DNA of 64,000 bases from an uncultured Bacilli bacterium (GCA_944371525.1 CALVXP010000003.1:111-64110); one strand, 5' to 3'; shown: positions 38,350 through 46,390, counted from the stretch's first letter. Notes: generated from the letters alone by a model not told the origin. Numbers and translations: made by a program.

Positions 38350-38829
38350 TTATAAAATTTTCTCTAAAGTTTTTATTGTCATAAATTCTTGTGTAGAAAC
38401 TTGTTCCTCATTAAAATAAATACCTGTCCCCCCTTTTTGTTTCCAATCTACAAGATTCTTTATGCTGTCATCTATTAAAATTTCTCCATTATTTGGTAAA
38501 TATATTTGACTCTTTTTTATATGTGGTGGAACAAATAATATTGGAATTTTTATTTTTCTACTTCTTAATGCCTTTGTTTTTGCTTCCATTTCAAGCAATG
38601 TATGAATTTTAGTTAAAACTGCCAATTGTTTAGTTCTAGTTTGACCATCTAATATATAATCGATTGCATTATTTATAACTTTGGCTTCATCTAACAATTG
38701 AAACCAATCAAGATTGTCAAAAAATTCATTCCAGGTAAGATTAGGATTTTCATTTTTCCTTTCAGCAACTCTTTTTTCTGTATCAAAAATTACGCCATCA
38801 AAATCAATAAAAATTTTTTTGTTATTCAT
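38350..38829 (-). CDS. Small HAD-superfamily nucleotidase (NT5C / deoxyribonucleotidase-like)
   Basis: KIFIDFDGVIFDT...LIDDS. The start is the ATG at 38827-38829, after GAGGTG. Confidence 0.65.
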   Translation of the reverse strand: MNNKKIFIDFDGVIFDTEKRVAERKNENPNLTWNEFFDNLDWFQLLDEAKVINNAIDYILDGQTRTKQLAVLTKIHTLLEMEAKTKALRSRKIKIPILFVPPHIKKSQIYLPNNGEILIDDSIKNLVDWKQKGGTGIYFNEEQVSTQEFMTIKTLEKIL

Positions 38830-38851
38830 AAAAAACACCTCATTTAAATAT

Positions 38852-38860
38852 ATTATAGCA
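38852..38860 (-). promoter_or_regulatory. Extended -10 element (TGCTATAAT) between the WYL gene and the enzyme genes
   Basis: The minus strand reads TGCTATAAT, about 20 nt upstream of the small-HAD start. There is no good -35. Confidence 0.35.
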
Positions 38861-38886
38861 TATATATAGGAAGTATTTGGTCTATA

Positions 38887-39480
38887 TTATTTTTGATTCA
38901 ATTTTATTCTACTGATTTCAAAATGTCTTATATCATCTCGTAATTCACAATAAGCTGTTACATAAAATTGATCATCATATTTAAAAATTTGTAATGGATG
39001 AATTATTCTTTCCTGCCATTCCTGATTTAAACTTCTATATAAAATTTTTAATGGATTTTTATTTGTAATTGCATCATTTAACGCAAAATATAATTTTGAT
39101 TTATCTTTAACTGAATAATCTAAAAAATATTTACTTTTTTCTTCTTCTATATCATTAGACATTTGCACTTTATTAATTATTTTTTCATATTTTTTGATAT
39201 TTTCATAATTTATTTCTTTTAAGATATTATCTACATTATTTAATATTTGCAAATCATATTTATTAAAATGATTATACTGATTTTTAGGGTTCAATATATA
39301 ATACCCTCCATTAGGTCCCATAAATGTTTCTATTGAAATTCCCGCTTGTTCTAATTCAGCTTTATAATACCTAACCATACGTTCGGTAATACCTATTTTT
39401 TCAGCTAAATCTTTAACACTATATTTATTTCCTGTGTTTAAATAATTTAACATTTCAATAGCATTTGAAATTTTTCCCAT
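38887..39480 (-). CDS. HTH + WYL domain transcriptional regulator (short; no obvious WCX extension)
   Basis: The N-terminal wHTH reads YSVKDLAEKIGITERMVRYYKAELEQAGISIE. The C-terminal WYL-like part reads ILYRSLNQEWQERIIHPLQIFKYDDQFYVTAYCELRDDIRHFEISRI. Confidence 0.8.
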   Translation of the reverse strand: MGKISNAIEMLNYLNTGNKYSVKDLAEKIGITERMVRYYKAELEQAGISIETFMGPNGGYYILNPKNQYNHFNKYDLQILNNVDNILKEINYENIKKYEKIINKVQMSNDIEEEKSKYFLDYSVKDKSKLYFALNDAITNKNPLKILYRSLNQEWQERIIHPLQIFKYDDQFYVTAYCELRDDIRHFEISRIKLNQK

Positions 39481-39688
39481 TTTTTCACCCTATTCTATTT
39501 TAATAACTTTGTATTTAAAATATAATTTAAAATATATTTTTTCTCTTTTTTCTATATTTTACCATAAGTATAACTACTAAACAACAAATTTACTGTTTAC
39601 AAAAACAATTTATATAAAAAATAATCTCTAATTTTTAAATTACTATTATAAAAACTCTTCATGAAGTATCATAGTTATATTTAGTCTA

Positions 39689-39821
39689 ATTTTACAAAAT
39701 ACTAAAATATTTATTTTAAAAATTTCATGTTCTTTAGTTTATTAAAATTTACTTAAATTTGATAGAATTTAATTGGTTGCTCGTCTAGAAATACACCTAA
39801 TATTTTAGTATTTTGTAAAAT
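39689..39821. repeat. Perfect 23-bp inverted repeat separated by 87 bp
   Basis: ATTTTACAAAATACTAAAATATT at 39689-39711 has its exact reverse complement at 39799-39821. The element lies in the 628-bp gap between the DUF2075 cassette and the WYL gene. Confidence 0.85.
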
Positions 39822-40091
39822 CCCTTTATGATAATTTGTTCATTTTTCATATATATCACTAAATATTTCTAAATAAATTAATACATAACATTTTCTCCAA
39901 TTTAATAAATTTTCTTGTATCAATTATTTTATTTACTAGTATATATTATTAACATCAAACTAATAAGATAAAAATAAAAATAGAAAATGTATTAAAATTA
40001 AATTCGTTATCAATCACAAATACTATTCCAATTGATATTACTATAAAAATAATTGTAAATAAATTATTTTAATTATCATTTGAATTATATA

Positions 40092-40126
40092 TATTAAAAA
40101 AGAGCAACTCAATTAATGTTGTTCTT
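40092..40126 (-). terminator. Intrinsic terminator of the MazG-HEPN-DUF2075 cassette
   Basis: On the minus strand, AAGAACAAC-N9-GUUGCUCUU (one G-U pair) is followed by UUUUUAAUAU. The loop contains the TGA stop. Confidence 0.6.
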
Positions 40127-41986
40127 AAGATATTTTTGTAATTTTTTATCAGTGCAATAAACATAGCAACCTTTCATACCTCTAGTCATTAATGTTCTAT
40201 AAGTATTTTTTATTATATTATCCGCTATTTTATCAGCAACTTCTTTCCCTTGATCTTTAGCAATCTTTTTAATTCCATTTAATGAAGTATCAGTCTTAGC
40301 TCTTTTTGTATAATCTGTTATTATATGACCATTTTCATATCGTAAATCATCACCTATAATTACCCCAACATAATCAAATTCTAATCCTTGGCATGTATGA
40401 ATACAACCAACTTCATTGATTGATTCTGAATCAATAGCCCAAGTACTAGAATTGCCTAAATTCCAGCTCATTCCAAAATTATATTCTGGTATTTCAATAT
40501 CGTGTACATCACTATTATTTTTCCCTTCAGATATCCAATTCCAACAATAGCCTGCAACTATTCTAGATTTATTATTAGTTCTATTTTTTTTCTCAATCAA
40601 TCTTCTAACTTCATTAGGATCATCTAATACTCTAAAATCATAATCAAATCCATCTATATCAAAGTTAGCAGTATCTTTAATATCCAATACTCTATCAAGC
40701 CATGCAATATAACCATCTGATCCATTACATCGAAATTGACTATCCAAATCAAATGTATAAATACCTGCTTTTTGTTCTTTGGCAAATATTTTAATTAAAT
40801 CTTCACTACCAATATCTTTTAAAGTGACTTTTTGATTTTCATCAATAAAGAATATAGAAAATTTACTAGCATTAATAATTTCTTTAATTTGATTTTCACC
40901 TTTATTTTGAAACATACCTGATTTAGCATTTAATCTATGAGCTTCATCTACTACTAAACAATCTAACTTATTTCTCTCTTCATCTATAAAACTACCAGAT
41001 CCTTGAAACAAATGATTAATATAAGTTTGGGTATAATCTCCTCTTAACTTACTAGAATATACACTTCTTGGTGCAGCATTTTTTGTAACATAAAAACATG
41101 TCATATTTCTATTATTTAATTCAACTAATAAATTAACTGCTAAAACGGATTTACCAGTACCTGGTCCACCTCTAACTATCATTACATTTTTATCATTAGC
41201 AGACACTGTATCAATTGCATTTCTTAAAGCATATTCATAAACAATCTTTTGATTATCTATCATATAGAATTCTTTATTACCTTTTAGCATATTTTTTAAA
41301 GAATCCTGTAACATTTTTGATGGTCTGATTTTTCCATGATCTATTTCATATAAAATATCCCCATCATCACCATCTTCGATATATTTCTTAATAAAATTTC
41401 TTAATTTAATAACATCATTATGTCCAAATAAAGGTGCTTTATCAGTGTATTCTTTATAATTATTTGATAATAGTGTATCACCATCTTCAAAATAATAATT
41501 ATGAAGATATGCACATGGAACAACATTAATATCTTTTAATTGAACTGATTCGTTATAGTCTTTAATTAGATTTGCGTAAGTCATGGCTTGATAAGAAGGA
41601 TGATTAACATCTCTTAATCCTCCACCAGTATAAGTATTAACTTTATATATACCATCCATTTCTTTAACTTCAGTTACCTTATCCCATTGTTTTAACTCTA
41701 TTATTACAACATTAGATTTATCCTTATTATAACCAGACATCATAAAGTCAATTCTACACCCAGTTGGAGGTATATTGTATTCTATAGCTATACCAGTATT
41801 ATTCGGTATATCATTATCAGAGAGTACACCTCTCATATATTGCATAGAATTTTTCCATGAATTAAATTCTGGTGCACTAGGCCTTTTCTTTATAACTTCA
41901 ATATATTTATTTCTTATTTTATCAGCTATTATTCCTAAGTCTACATCATCAATAAAACCTGATTTAATGCCCTCGTATACTAACAT
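40109..41986 (-). CDS. DUF2075-type protein: N-terminal PD-(D/E)XK nuclease-like domain + SF1-like P-loop helicase/ATPase
   Basis: CRIDFMMSGYNKDKSNVVIIELKQW gives D...E-x-K. GGPGTGKS is Walker A and LVVDEAHRL is Walker B. HTCQGLEFDYVGVIIG and YRTLMTRGMKGCYVYC are typical DUF2075 C-terminal motifs. Confidence 0.8.
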   Translation of the reverse strand: MLVYEGIKSGFIDDVDLGIIADKIRNKYIEVIKKRPSAPEFNSWKNSMQYMRGVLSDNDIPNNTGIAIEYNIPPTGCRIDFMMSGYNKDKSNVVIIELKQWDKVTEVKEMDGIYKVNTYTGGGLRDVNHPSYQAMTYANLIKDYNESVQLKDINVVPCAYLHNYYFEDGDTLLSNNYKEYTDKAPLFGHNDVIKLRNFIKKYIEDGDDGDILYEIDHGKIRPSKMLQDSLKNMLKGNKEFYMIDNQKIVYEYALRNAIDTVSANDKNVMIVRGGPGTGKSVLAVNLLVELNNRNMTCFYVTKNAAPRSVYSSKLRGDYTQTYINHLFQGSGSFIDEERNKLDCLVVDEAHRLNAKSGMFQNKGENQIKEIINASKFSIFFIDENQKVTLKDIGSEDLIKIFAKEQKAGIYTFDLDSQFRCNGSDGYIAWLDRVLDIKDTANFDIDGFDYDFRVLDDPNEVRRLIEKKNRTNNKSRIVAGYCWNWISEGKNNSDVHDIEIPEYNFGMSWNLGNSSTWAIDSESINEVGCIHTCQGLEFDYVGVIIGDDLRYENGHIITDYTKRAKTDTSLNGIKKIAKDQGKEVADKIADNIIKNTYRTLMTRGMKGCYVYCTDKKLQKYLKNNIN

Positions 41987-41989
41987 ATT

Positions 41990-42565
41990 TTACTTCTCCT
42001 TATCAAAATTCAAACTAAAATGCAACCCCAATTTATCATCATCATATTCCTTACTAAGTTTAACACATTCTTCCATAATATAATTCAATATCTTCTTAGA
42101 TAATAATATCTGTGTATTAAGGAACTCAAAATTCTTATCATATATATCTTCTATTTCTAATAAATATTTAATTTCTATATGTCCATACATTTTATCTCTT
42201 AAAGTATTTATATTTTCAATAGTATCTTTATAATTAGATAATTCATTTCTTATCTTTTTCACTTCTTTATTTAATTTTTCTTTTCCTTCCTGTTCACACA
42301 AATTTAATAATTTCCAAATTGAAAGACTCTTAGGATTATTATCAAATATATTTCCCATTCCAATTACAATTCTATATCTCATAGAATCAAGAATAGTTGA
42401 AAACAATGAAGGAAAATCATTAAGTTTTTCTAATATCCTATTATCTTCTAAATTCGTACAAATAAAATATTGTTTAATTGCTTCTCGAATATCTTTACAT
42501 TGAAAATATATAGTAAATAAAACATTTTGCAACCTCGTTGCTTCATCACCCTTAATATACAACAT
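41990..42565 (-). CDS. HEPN-domain protein (AbiU2/AbiV-like)
   Basis: The protein is all-helical by composition and carries an Rx4-6H motif, LRDKMYGH. Its stop is 3 nt before the DUF2075 start. The start is uncertain; the ATG at 42565 is preferred over the track's GTG at 42634, which overlaps the MazG gene. Confidence 0.55.
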   Translation of the reverse strand: MLYIKGDEATRLQNVLFTIYFQCKDIREAIKQYFICTNLEDNRILEKLNDFPSLFSTILDSMRYRIVIGMGNIFDNNPKSLSIWKLLNLCEQEGKEKLNKEVKKIRNELSNYKDTIENINTLRDKMYGHIEIKYLLEIEDIYDKNFEFLNTQILLSKKILNYIMEECVKLSKEYDDDKLGLHFSLNFDKEK

Positions 42566-42572
42566 ATGCACT

Positions 42573-42887
42573 CTATAATTTATTATACTTTGTACTATTT
42601 CCTTTTGCTTTTTCAACAGGATACTTCTTAGCACTTATTTTCATTTTTTCTAAAACTATTTCTTTAGGATCTACTCCAATTTGATGACATAATAAAATAC
42701 AATAATTCATAACATCTGCAATTTCATACTTTAACTCATTTTTATCATAATTGTTATTCCATTGAAAACATTCTAATAACTCTCCCGCTTCAATTACTAT
42801 GCTTTTGGCTAAATTTTCAGGTGTATTAAATTGTAACCAATCTCTTTCTTCTGCAAATTTAACTATTTTACTTTCTAATTCTTTCAT
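42573..42887 (-). CDS. MazG-like all-alpha nucleoside-triphosphate pyrophosphohydrolase (DCTPP1/RS21-C6-like)
   Basis: FAEERDWLQFNTPENLAKSIVIEAGELLECFQW...EIADVMNYCILLC...KKYP, in a 104-aa protein. Confidence 0.8.
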   Translation of the reverse strand: MKELESKIVKFAEERDWLQFNTPENLAKSIVIEAGELLECFQWNNNYDKNELKYEIADVMNYCILLCHQIGVDPKEIVLEKMKISAKKYPVEKAKGNSTKYNKL

Positions 42888-42906
42888 AAGATATCACCTA
42901 TAAGTT

Positions 42907-42915
42907 ATTATATCA
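42907..42915 (-). promoter_or_regulatory. Extended -10 promoter element (TGATATAAT) for the MazG-HEPN-DUF2075 cassette
   Basis: The minus strand reads TGATATAAT, about 20 nt upstream of the MazG ATG. An AGGTGA RBS follows. Confidence 0.45.
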
Positions 42916-43087
42916 TAAAATTTTAAATTTCCATTATTGCAGACCAAAAAATCTATATATTTCTTTATACAATGCCTATTTTTTATTATGAAATCTTACA
43001 AATTTACGCAAAAATGTAAAATTTATAAAATTAAATGTGTAACTAAAGTCATTTTTAATAACATTATAAATCGTCACAATTCTTTAT

Positions 43088-43121
43088 AAATAAAGAAAAA
43101 ATGAGAGCCACGAGGGCTCTC
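43088..43121 (-). terminator. Intrinsic terminator (recG and/or the candidate sRNA)
   Basis: A GC-rich 7-bp stem, GAGAGCC/GGCUCUC, with a 5-nt loop is followed by AUUUUUUCUUUAUUU. Confidence 0.8.
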
Positions 43122-43188
43122 TTCAGGGGGTTTTGGTTGAATCACTCCTACATTTTAGTTCGTAGAAAGCGGTCATATTATCTATGAC
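43090..43188 (-). ncRNA. Candidate small RNA (about 100 nt) with its own promoter, a C-rich single-stranded stretch and a strong terminator
   Basis: On the minus strand: TTGTAT (43218-43223), 17-nt spacer, TACAAT (43195-43200). The transcript would contain GUCAU-N7-AUGAC, CUAC-N10-GUAG and ...CAACCAAAACCCCCUGAA..., and would end in GAGAGCC-CUCGU-GGCUCUC plus a U-run. Confidence 0.35.
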
Positions 43189-43269
43189 ATTATCATTGTA
43201 ATATATTACCAAATAAAATACAATACTTTTTTTAACACTTTACATTTTATTTTTTTAGAATGTAAACTA

Positions 43270-45270
43270 TTAGTCAAGATACTCTGTTTTCATAAGTTCT
43301 TGCTTGACACTATCGTAAAGTCCTGTTTTATCATTTAATATCTCATCAATATAATAATCAGCATCTTCTTTAGCCTTTAACATCATCTTAAAATCTCTAT
43401 TAACATTAGCAAGAACAAGTCCTGTTTCTCCACTTTGTCTTATACCAAACAAATCACCTTCACCCCTATTTTGGAAATCATATTCACTAATTTCAAATCC
43501 ATCGTTACATCTTTCTAACATTTTAAGTCTCTCTTGATATTCTTTAGCAATTAATATGCAATAACTTTGAGTATCTCCTCTTCCTACTCTTCCTCTTAAC
43601 TGATGTAAAGTAGATAGTCCAAATAAATTAGCATTAAATATAACTATCATACTGGCATTAGGTACATTGACACCAACTTCTATTACTGTTGTAGATATTA
43701 ATATATCTATTTTTTTCTTCTCAAAGTCTGTCATAACATTACTCTTATCTTTTGAGTCCATCTTACCATGTACAGATCCTATCTTACATATCTTACCAAA
43801 TGCTTTCTTCATCTTTTCTTCTAAATCAATTACGCTTTCTTTTTCATCACTATCTTCATCAATTGAAGGGGCAATTACATATATTTGGTGTCCCTTATCT
43901 AACTCCTCTTTCATTAGATTTAAAACATCATACATATCTTTTTCTTTTTTAAAGTATGTTATTATCTCTTTTCTTCCAACTGGTTTAGTCTTAATACTAG
44001 ATACATCCATATCTCCATATATAGTAAGAGCATATGTTCTTGGAATTGGAGTAGCACTCATCGATAAAATATCTGGTGTCTCTCCTTTATTTTTGAAAGT
44101 ATCTCTTTGATTTACACCAAACCTATGTTGTTCATCGGTTATAACTAATCCTAGATTCTTATATTTTATTTGTTCTTGAATAAGAGATTGTGTTCCAATT
44201 ATTAAATCAATTTCTCCACTCTCTAACTTTTCATATATTTCTTCTTTTTTCTTTTTTGAAGTAGATGATGTAAGTAATTCTATATTCATTTTTTCATCTT
44301 TAAATAATTCTTGGGCATTTAAATAATGTTGATTTGCAAGTATTTCTGTAGGTACCATCATTGCAGTTTGATAGCCCGCTAGAAAGTTTCCATAACTAGC
44401 GATAAATGCTATAACTGTTTTACCACTTCCAACATCACCTTGTAAAAGTCTATTCATTCTTTTAGTGCTATTTAAGTCTTTAATAATATCTTCTTCGGCT
44501 TTTAGTTGGTCAATAGTTAATTTAAATGGTAACTTACTTATAAATTCATTTATTTTATCTTGACTAATACTTCTTGATATTGCTTTCTTATCATTATTTA
44601 TCTTTAATTTCATATAATTAATTTTTAATAAATACATAAATAATTCTTCATATTTAAGTCTTTGTCTTGCTTTTTTTAAAGATAATATATCACTTGGAAA
44701 ATGAACTTCATATAAAGCATCATTAATATTAAATAAATTATATTTTTCTATAATACTAGTTGGTAATATATCATTTTCTTTATCTTTATTAAGAAAAGCA
44801 CTTGATATAAACTTTGATATATTTTTTGAAGACAAACCACTAGTAGAATGATATACTGCTTCTATTTTAGGTTCTATAGGTAGCTTTTCAAATCTTACTT
44901 CACTAGCTACAATTGTATTTTTAACTTTATCATATTTACCTATTATCGTTATATCTTTACCTGACTTTAATTCATCATATAAATACACTTGATTATAAAT
45001 ACTAATATTTAAAATAGTCTTCTTATTACTAATTCTAAATATCATTTTTTTAAGTCCTCTATTTAAATAGATAATAGTAGGACTTCCTTCTACTACTCCA
45101 TCAATTACTACTTTTGATCCATCTTCTAAATTGGTAATATCACTTCTTTTTAATATATCATATCTATATGGATAAAATCTTATTAAATCATTTTGATTAT
45201 GAATATGAAGTTTCCCTAATAACTCTGCTGTTTTAGGTCCTATTCCTTGTATACTTTCTAAATCATTCAT
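43270..45270 (-). CDS. recG: ATP-dependent DNA helicase RecG
   Basis: A wedge domain is followed by LLQGDVGSGKT, DEQHRFG, and QLRGRVGRG. Confidence 0.93.
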   Translation of the reverse strand: MNDLESIQGIGPKTAELLGKLHIHNQNDLIRFYPYRYDILKRSDITNLEDGSKVVIDGVVEGSPTIIYLNRGLKKMIFRISNKKTILNISIYNQVYLYDELKSGKDITIIGKYDKVKNTIVASEVRFEKLPIEPKIEAVYHSTSGLSSKNISKFISSAFLNKDKENDILPTSIIEKYNLFNINDALYEVHFPSDILSLKKARQRLKYEELFMYLLKINYMKLKINNDKKAISRSISQDKINEFISKLPFKLTIDQLKAEEDIIKDLNSTKRMNRLLQGDVGSGKTVIAFIASYGNFLAGYQTAMMVPTEILANQHYLNAQELFKDEKMNIELLTSSTSKKKKEEIYEKLESGEIDLIIGTQSLIQEQIKYKNLGLVITDEQHRFGVNQRDTFKNKGETPDILSMSATPIPRTYALTIYGDMDVSSIKTKPVGRKEIITYFKKEKDMYDVLNLMKEELDKGHQIYVIAPSIDEDSDEKESVIDLEEKMKKAFGKICKIGSVHGKMDSKDKSNVMTDFEKKKIDILISTTVIEVGVNVPNASMIVIFNANLFGLSTLHQLRGRVGRGDTQSYCILIAKEYQERLKMLERCNDGFEISEYDFQNRGEGDLFGIRQSGETGLVLANVNRDFKMMLKAKEDADYYIDEILNDKTGLYDSVKQELMKTEYLD

Positions 45271-45365
45271 ATTTTAACACCTACTTTATAATAAGATTAT
45301 ACCATATATGTTAAAAATTTTACATAAAGTTACTTTCTAGTTAAAAAAATACCAGTTAAGGTATC

Positions 45366-46319
45366 CTATATTCTTTGTTTAACTTCTCCTTTTTCACATC
45401 TATTTCCCCATGCATCAATAATTCTATTATCTCTACTTACACATATTATTTCACAGTTATTTGCACATCTATGACATTCTATTCCTCTTGTTTCAAAAGA
45501 TACATCTTCTATATCAAATGAGAAATTAATTTCATCTTCTTTTTTAGATAGAATAGCAACTCCTAAAGCACCCATTAAATGTGAATTAGGGTCCACTATT
45601 ATTTTTTCTCCAGTTACTTCTTCAAATGCTGCAATTACCCCAACATTCTTACTTACTCCACCTTGGAATACTATTGGTGTTCTAATCTTTTTCCCTTTAC
45701 CAACATTATTTAAATAGTTTGTAACTACTGCTTTACAAAGGCCCGCAATTATATCTTCTTTTTTATGACCTATTTGAGCTTTATGAACTAAATCAGATTC
45801 AGCAAATACAGTACATCTTGCTGCTATTCTAGTAGGATTTTTACTAGTTAGAGCTATTTTACCAAAGTCTTCAACTGCTACTCCTAGCCTCCTTGCTTGG
45901 CTAGATAAAAATGATCCTGTTCCCGCTGCGCATAAAGTATTCATTGCATAATCAGTAACTACACCATCATCTAATATAATAATTTTTGAGTCTTGCCCTC
46001 CTATTTCAAATATTGTTTTAACATCAGGATACAATGATGTTGTACCTATTGCATGAGCAGTTATTTCATTTTTAATAATACTTGCTCCAAGTATTGTTCC
46101 TATTAATTTTCTAGCACTACCAGTAGTACCTACTCCTACTACTTGGTATTCATTTATATTTAAATTATTTTTTAAACTTTTTATTAATTTTTTTATTGCC
46201 CCAATGGGGTCTCCTTCAGTTCTTAAATAATCACTTGCTAAAATATTATTATCTTCATCTATTACTACTCCTTTAGTAGAAATACTTCCAATATCGACTC
46301 CTAAATATGCTTTTTTCAT
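45366..46319 (-). CDS. BadF/BadG/BcrA/BcrD-type ATPase (acyl-CoA dehydratase activase-like) with a Cys-rich tail
   Basis: YLGVDIGSISTKGVV...GIGTTGSAR...FEIGGQDSK is an ASKHA fold. The C-terminus is CHRCANNCEIIC...CEKG. Confidence 0.75.
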   Translation of the reverse strand: MKKAYLGVDIGSISTKGVVIDEDNNILASDYLRTEGDPIGAIKKLIKSLKNNLNINEYQVVGVGTTGSARKLIGTILGASIIKNEITAHAIGTTSLYPDVKTIFEIGGQDSKIIILDDGVVTDYAMNTLCAAGTGSFLSSQARRLGVAVEDFGKIALTSKNPTRIAARCTVFAESDLVHKAQIGHKKEDIIAGLCKAVVTNYLNNVGKGKKIRTPIVFQGGVSKNVGVIAAFEEVTGEKIIVDPNSHLMGALGVAILSKKEDEINFSFDIEDVSFETRGIECHRCANNCEIICVSRDNRIIDAWGNRCEKGEVKQRI

Positions 46320-46390
46320 ATATTCCCTTCTTTCAACTAATTTTATGTAAATACATTCATATTATAACAACCATATATAGAAAAATTTGT

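Noticed and set aside
39840-40080. A hydrophobic reading frame on the minus strand in the long intergenic gap (...LFTIIFIVISIGIVFVIDNEFNFNTFSIFIFILLV*).
   Set aside because: There is no ATG/GTG/TTG start with an RBS at its 5' end; the only GTG is internal and would give about 20 aa. In this composition such hydrophobic frames arise by chance. It may be a relic, but it is not supportable as a gene.
42573-42887. Interpreting the MazG-like gene as the housekeeping ypjD-type pyrophosphohydrolase.
   Set aside because: This cannot be excluded. However, the gene shares a promoter and a terminator with the HEPN and DUF2075 genes at 3-7-nt spacing inside a variable region. I therefore treat it as part of the cassette rather than as an independent core gene.
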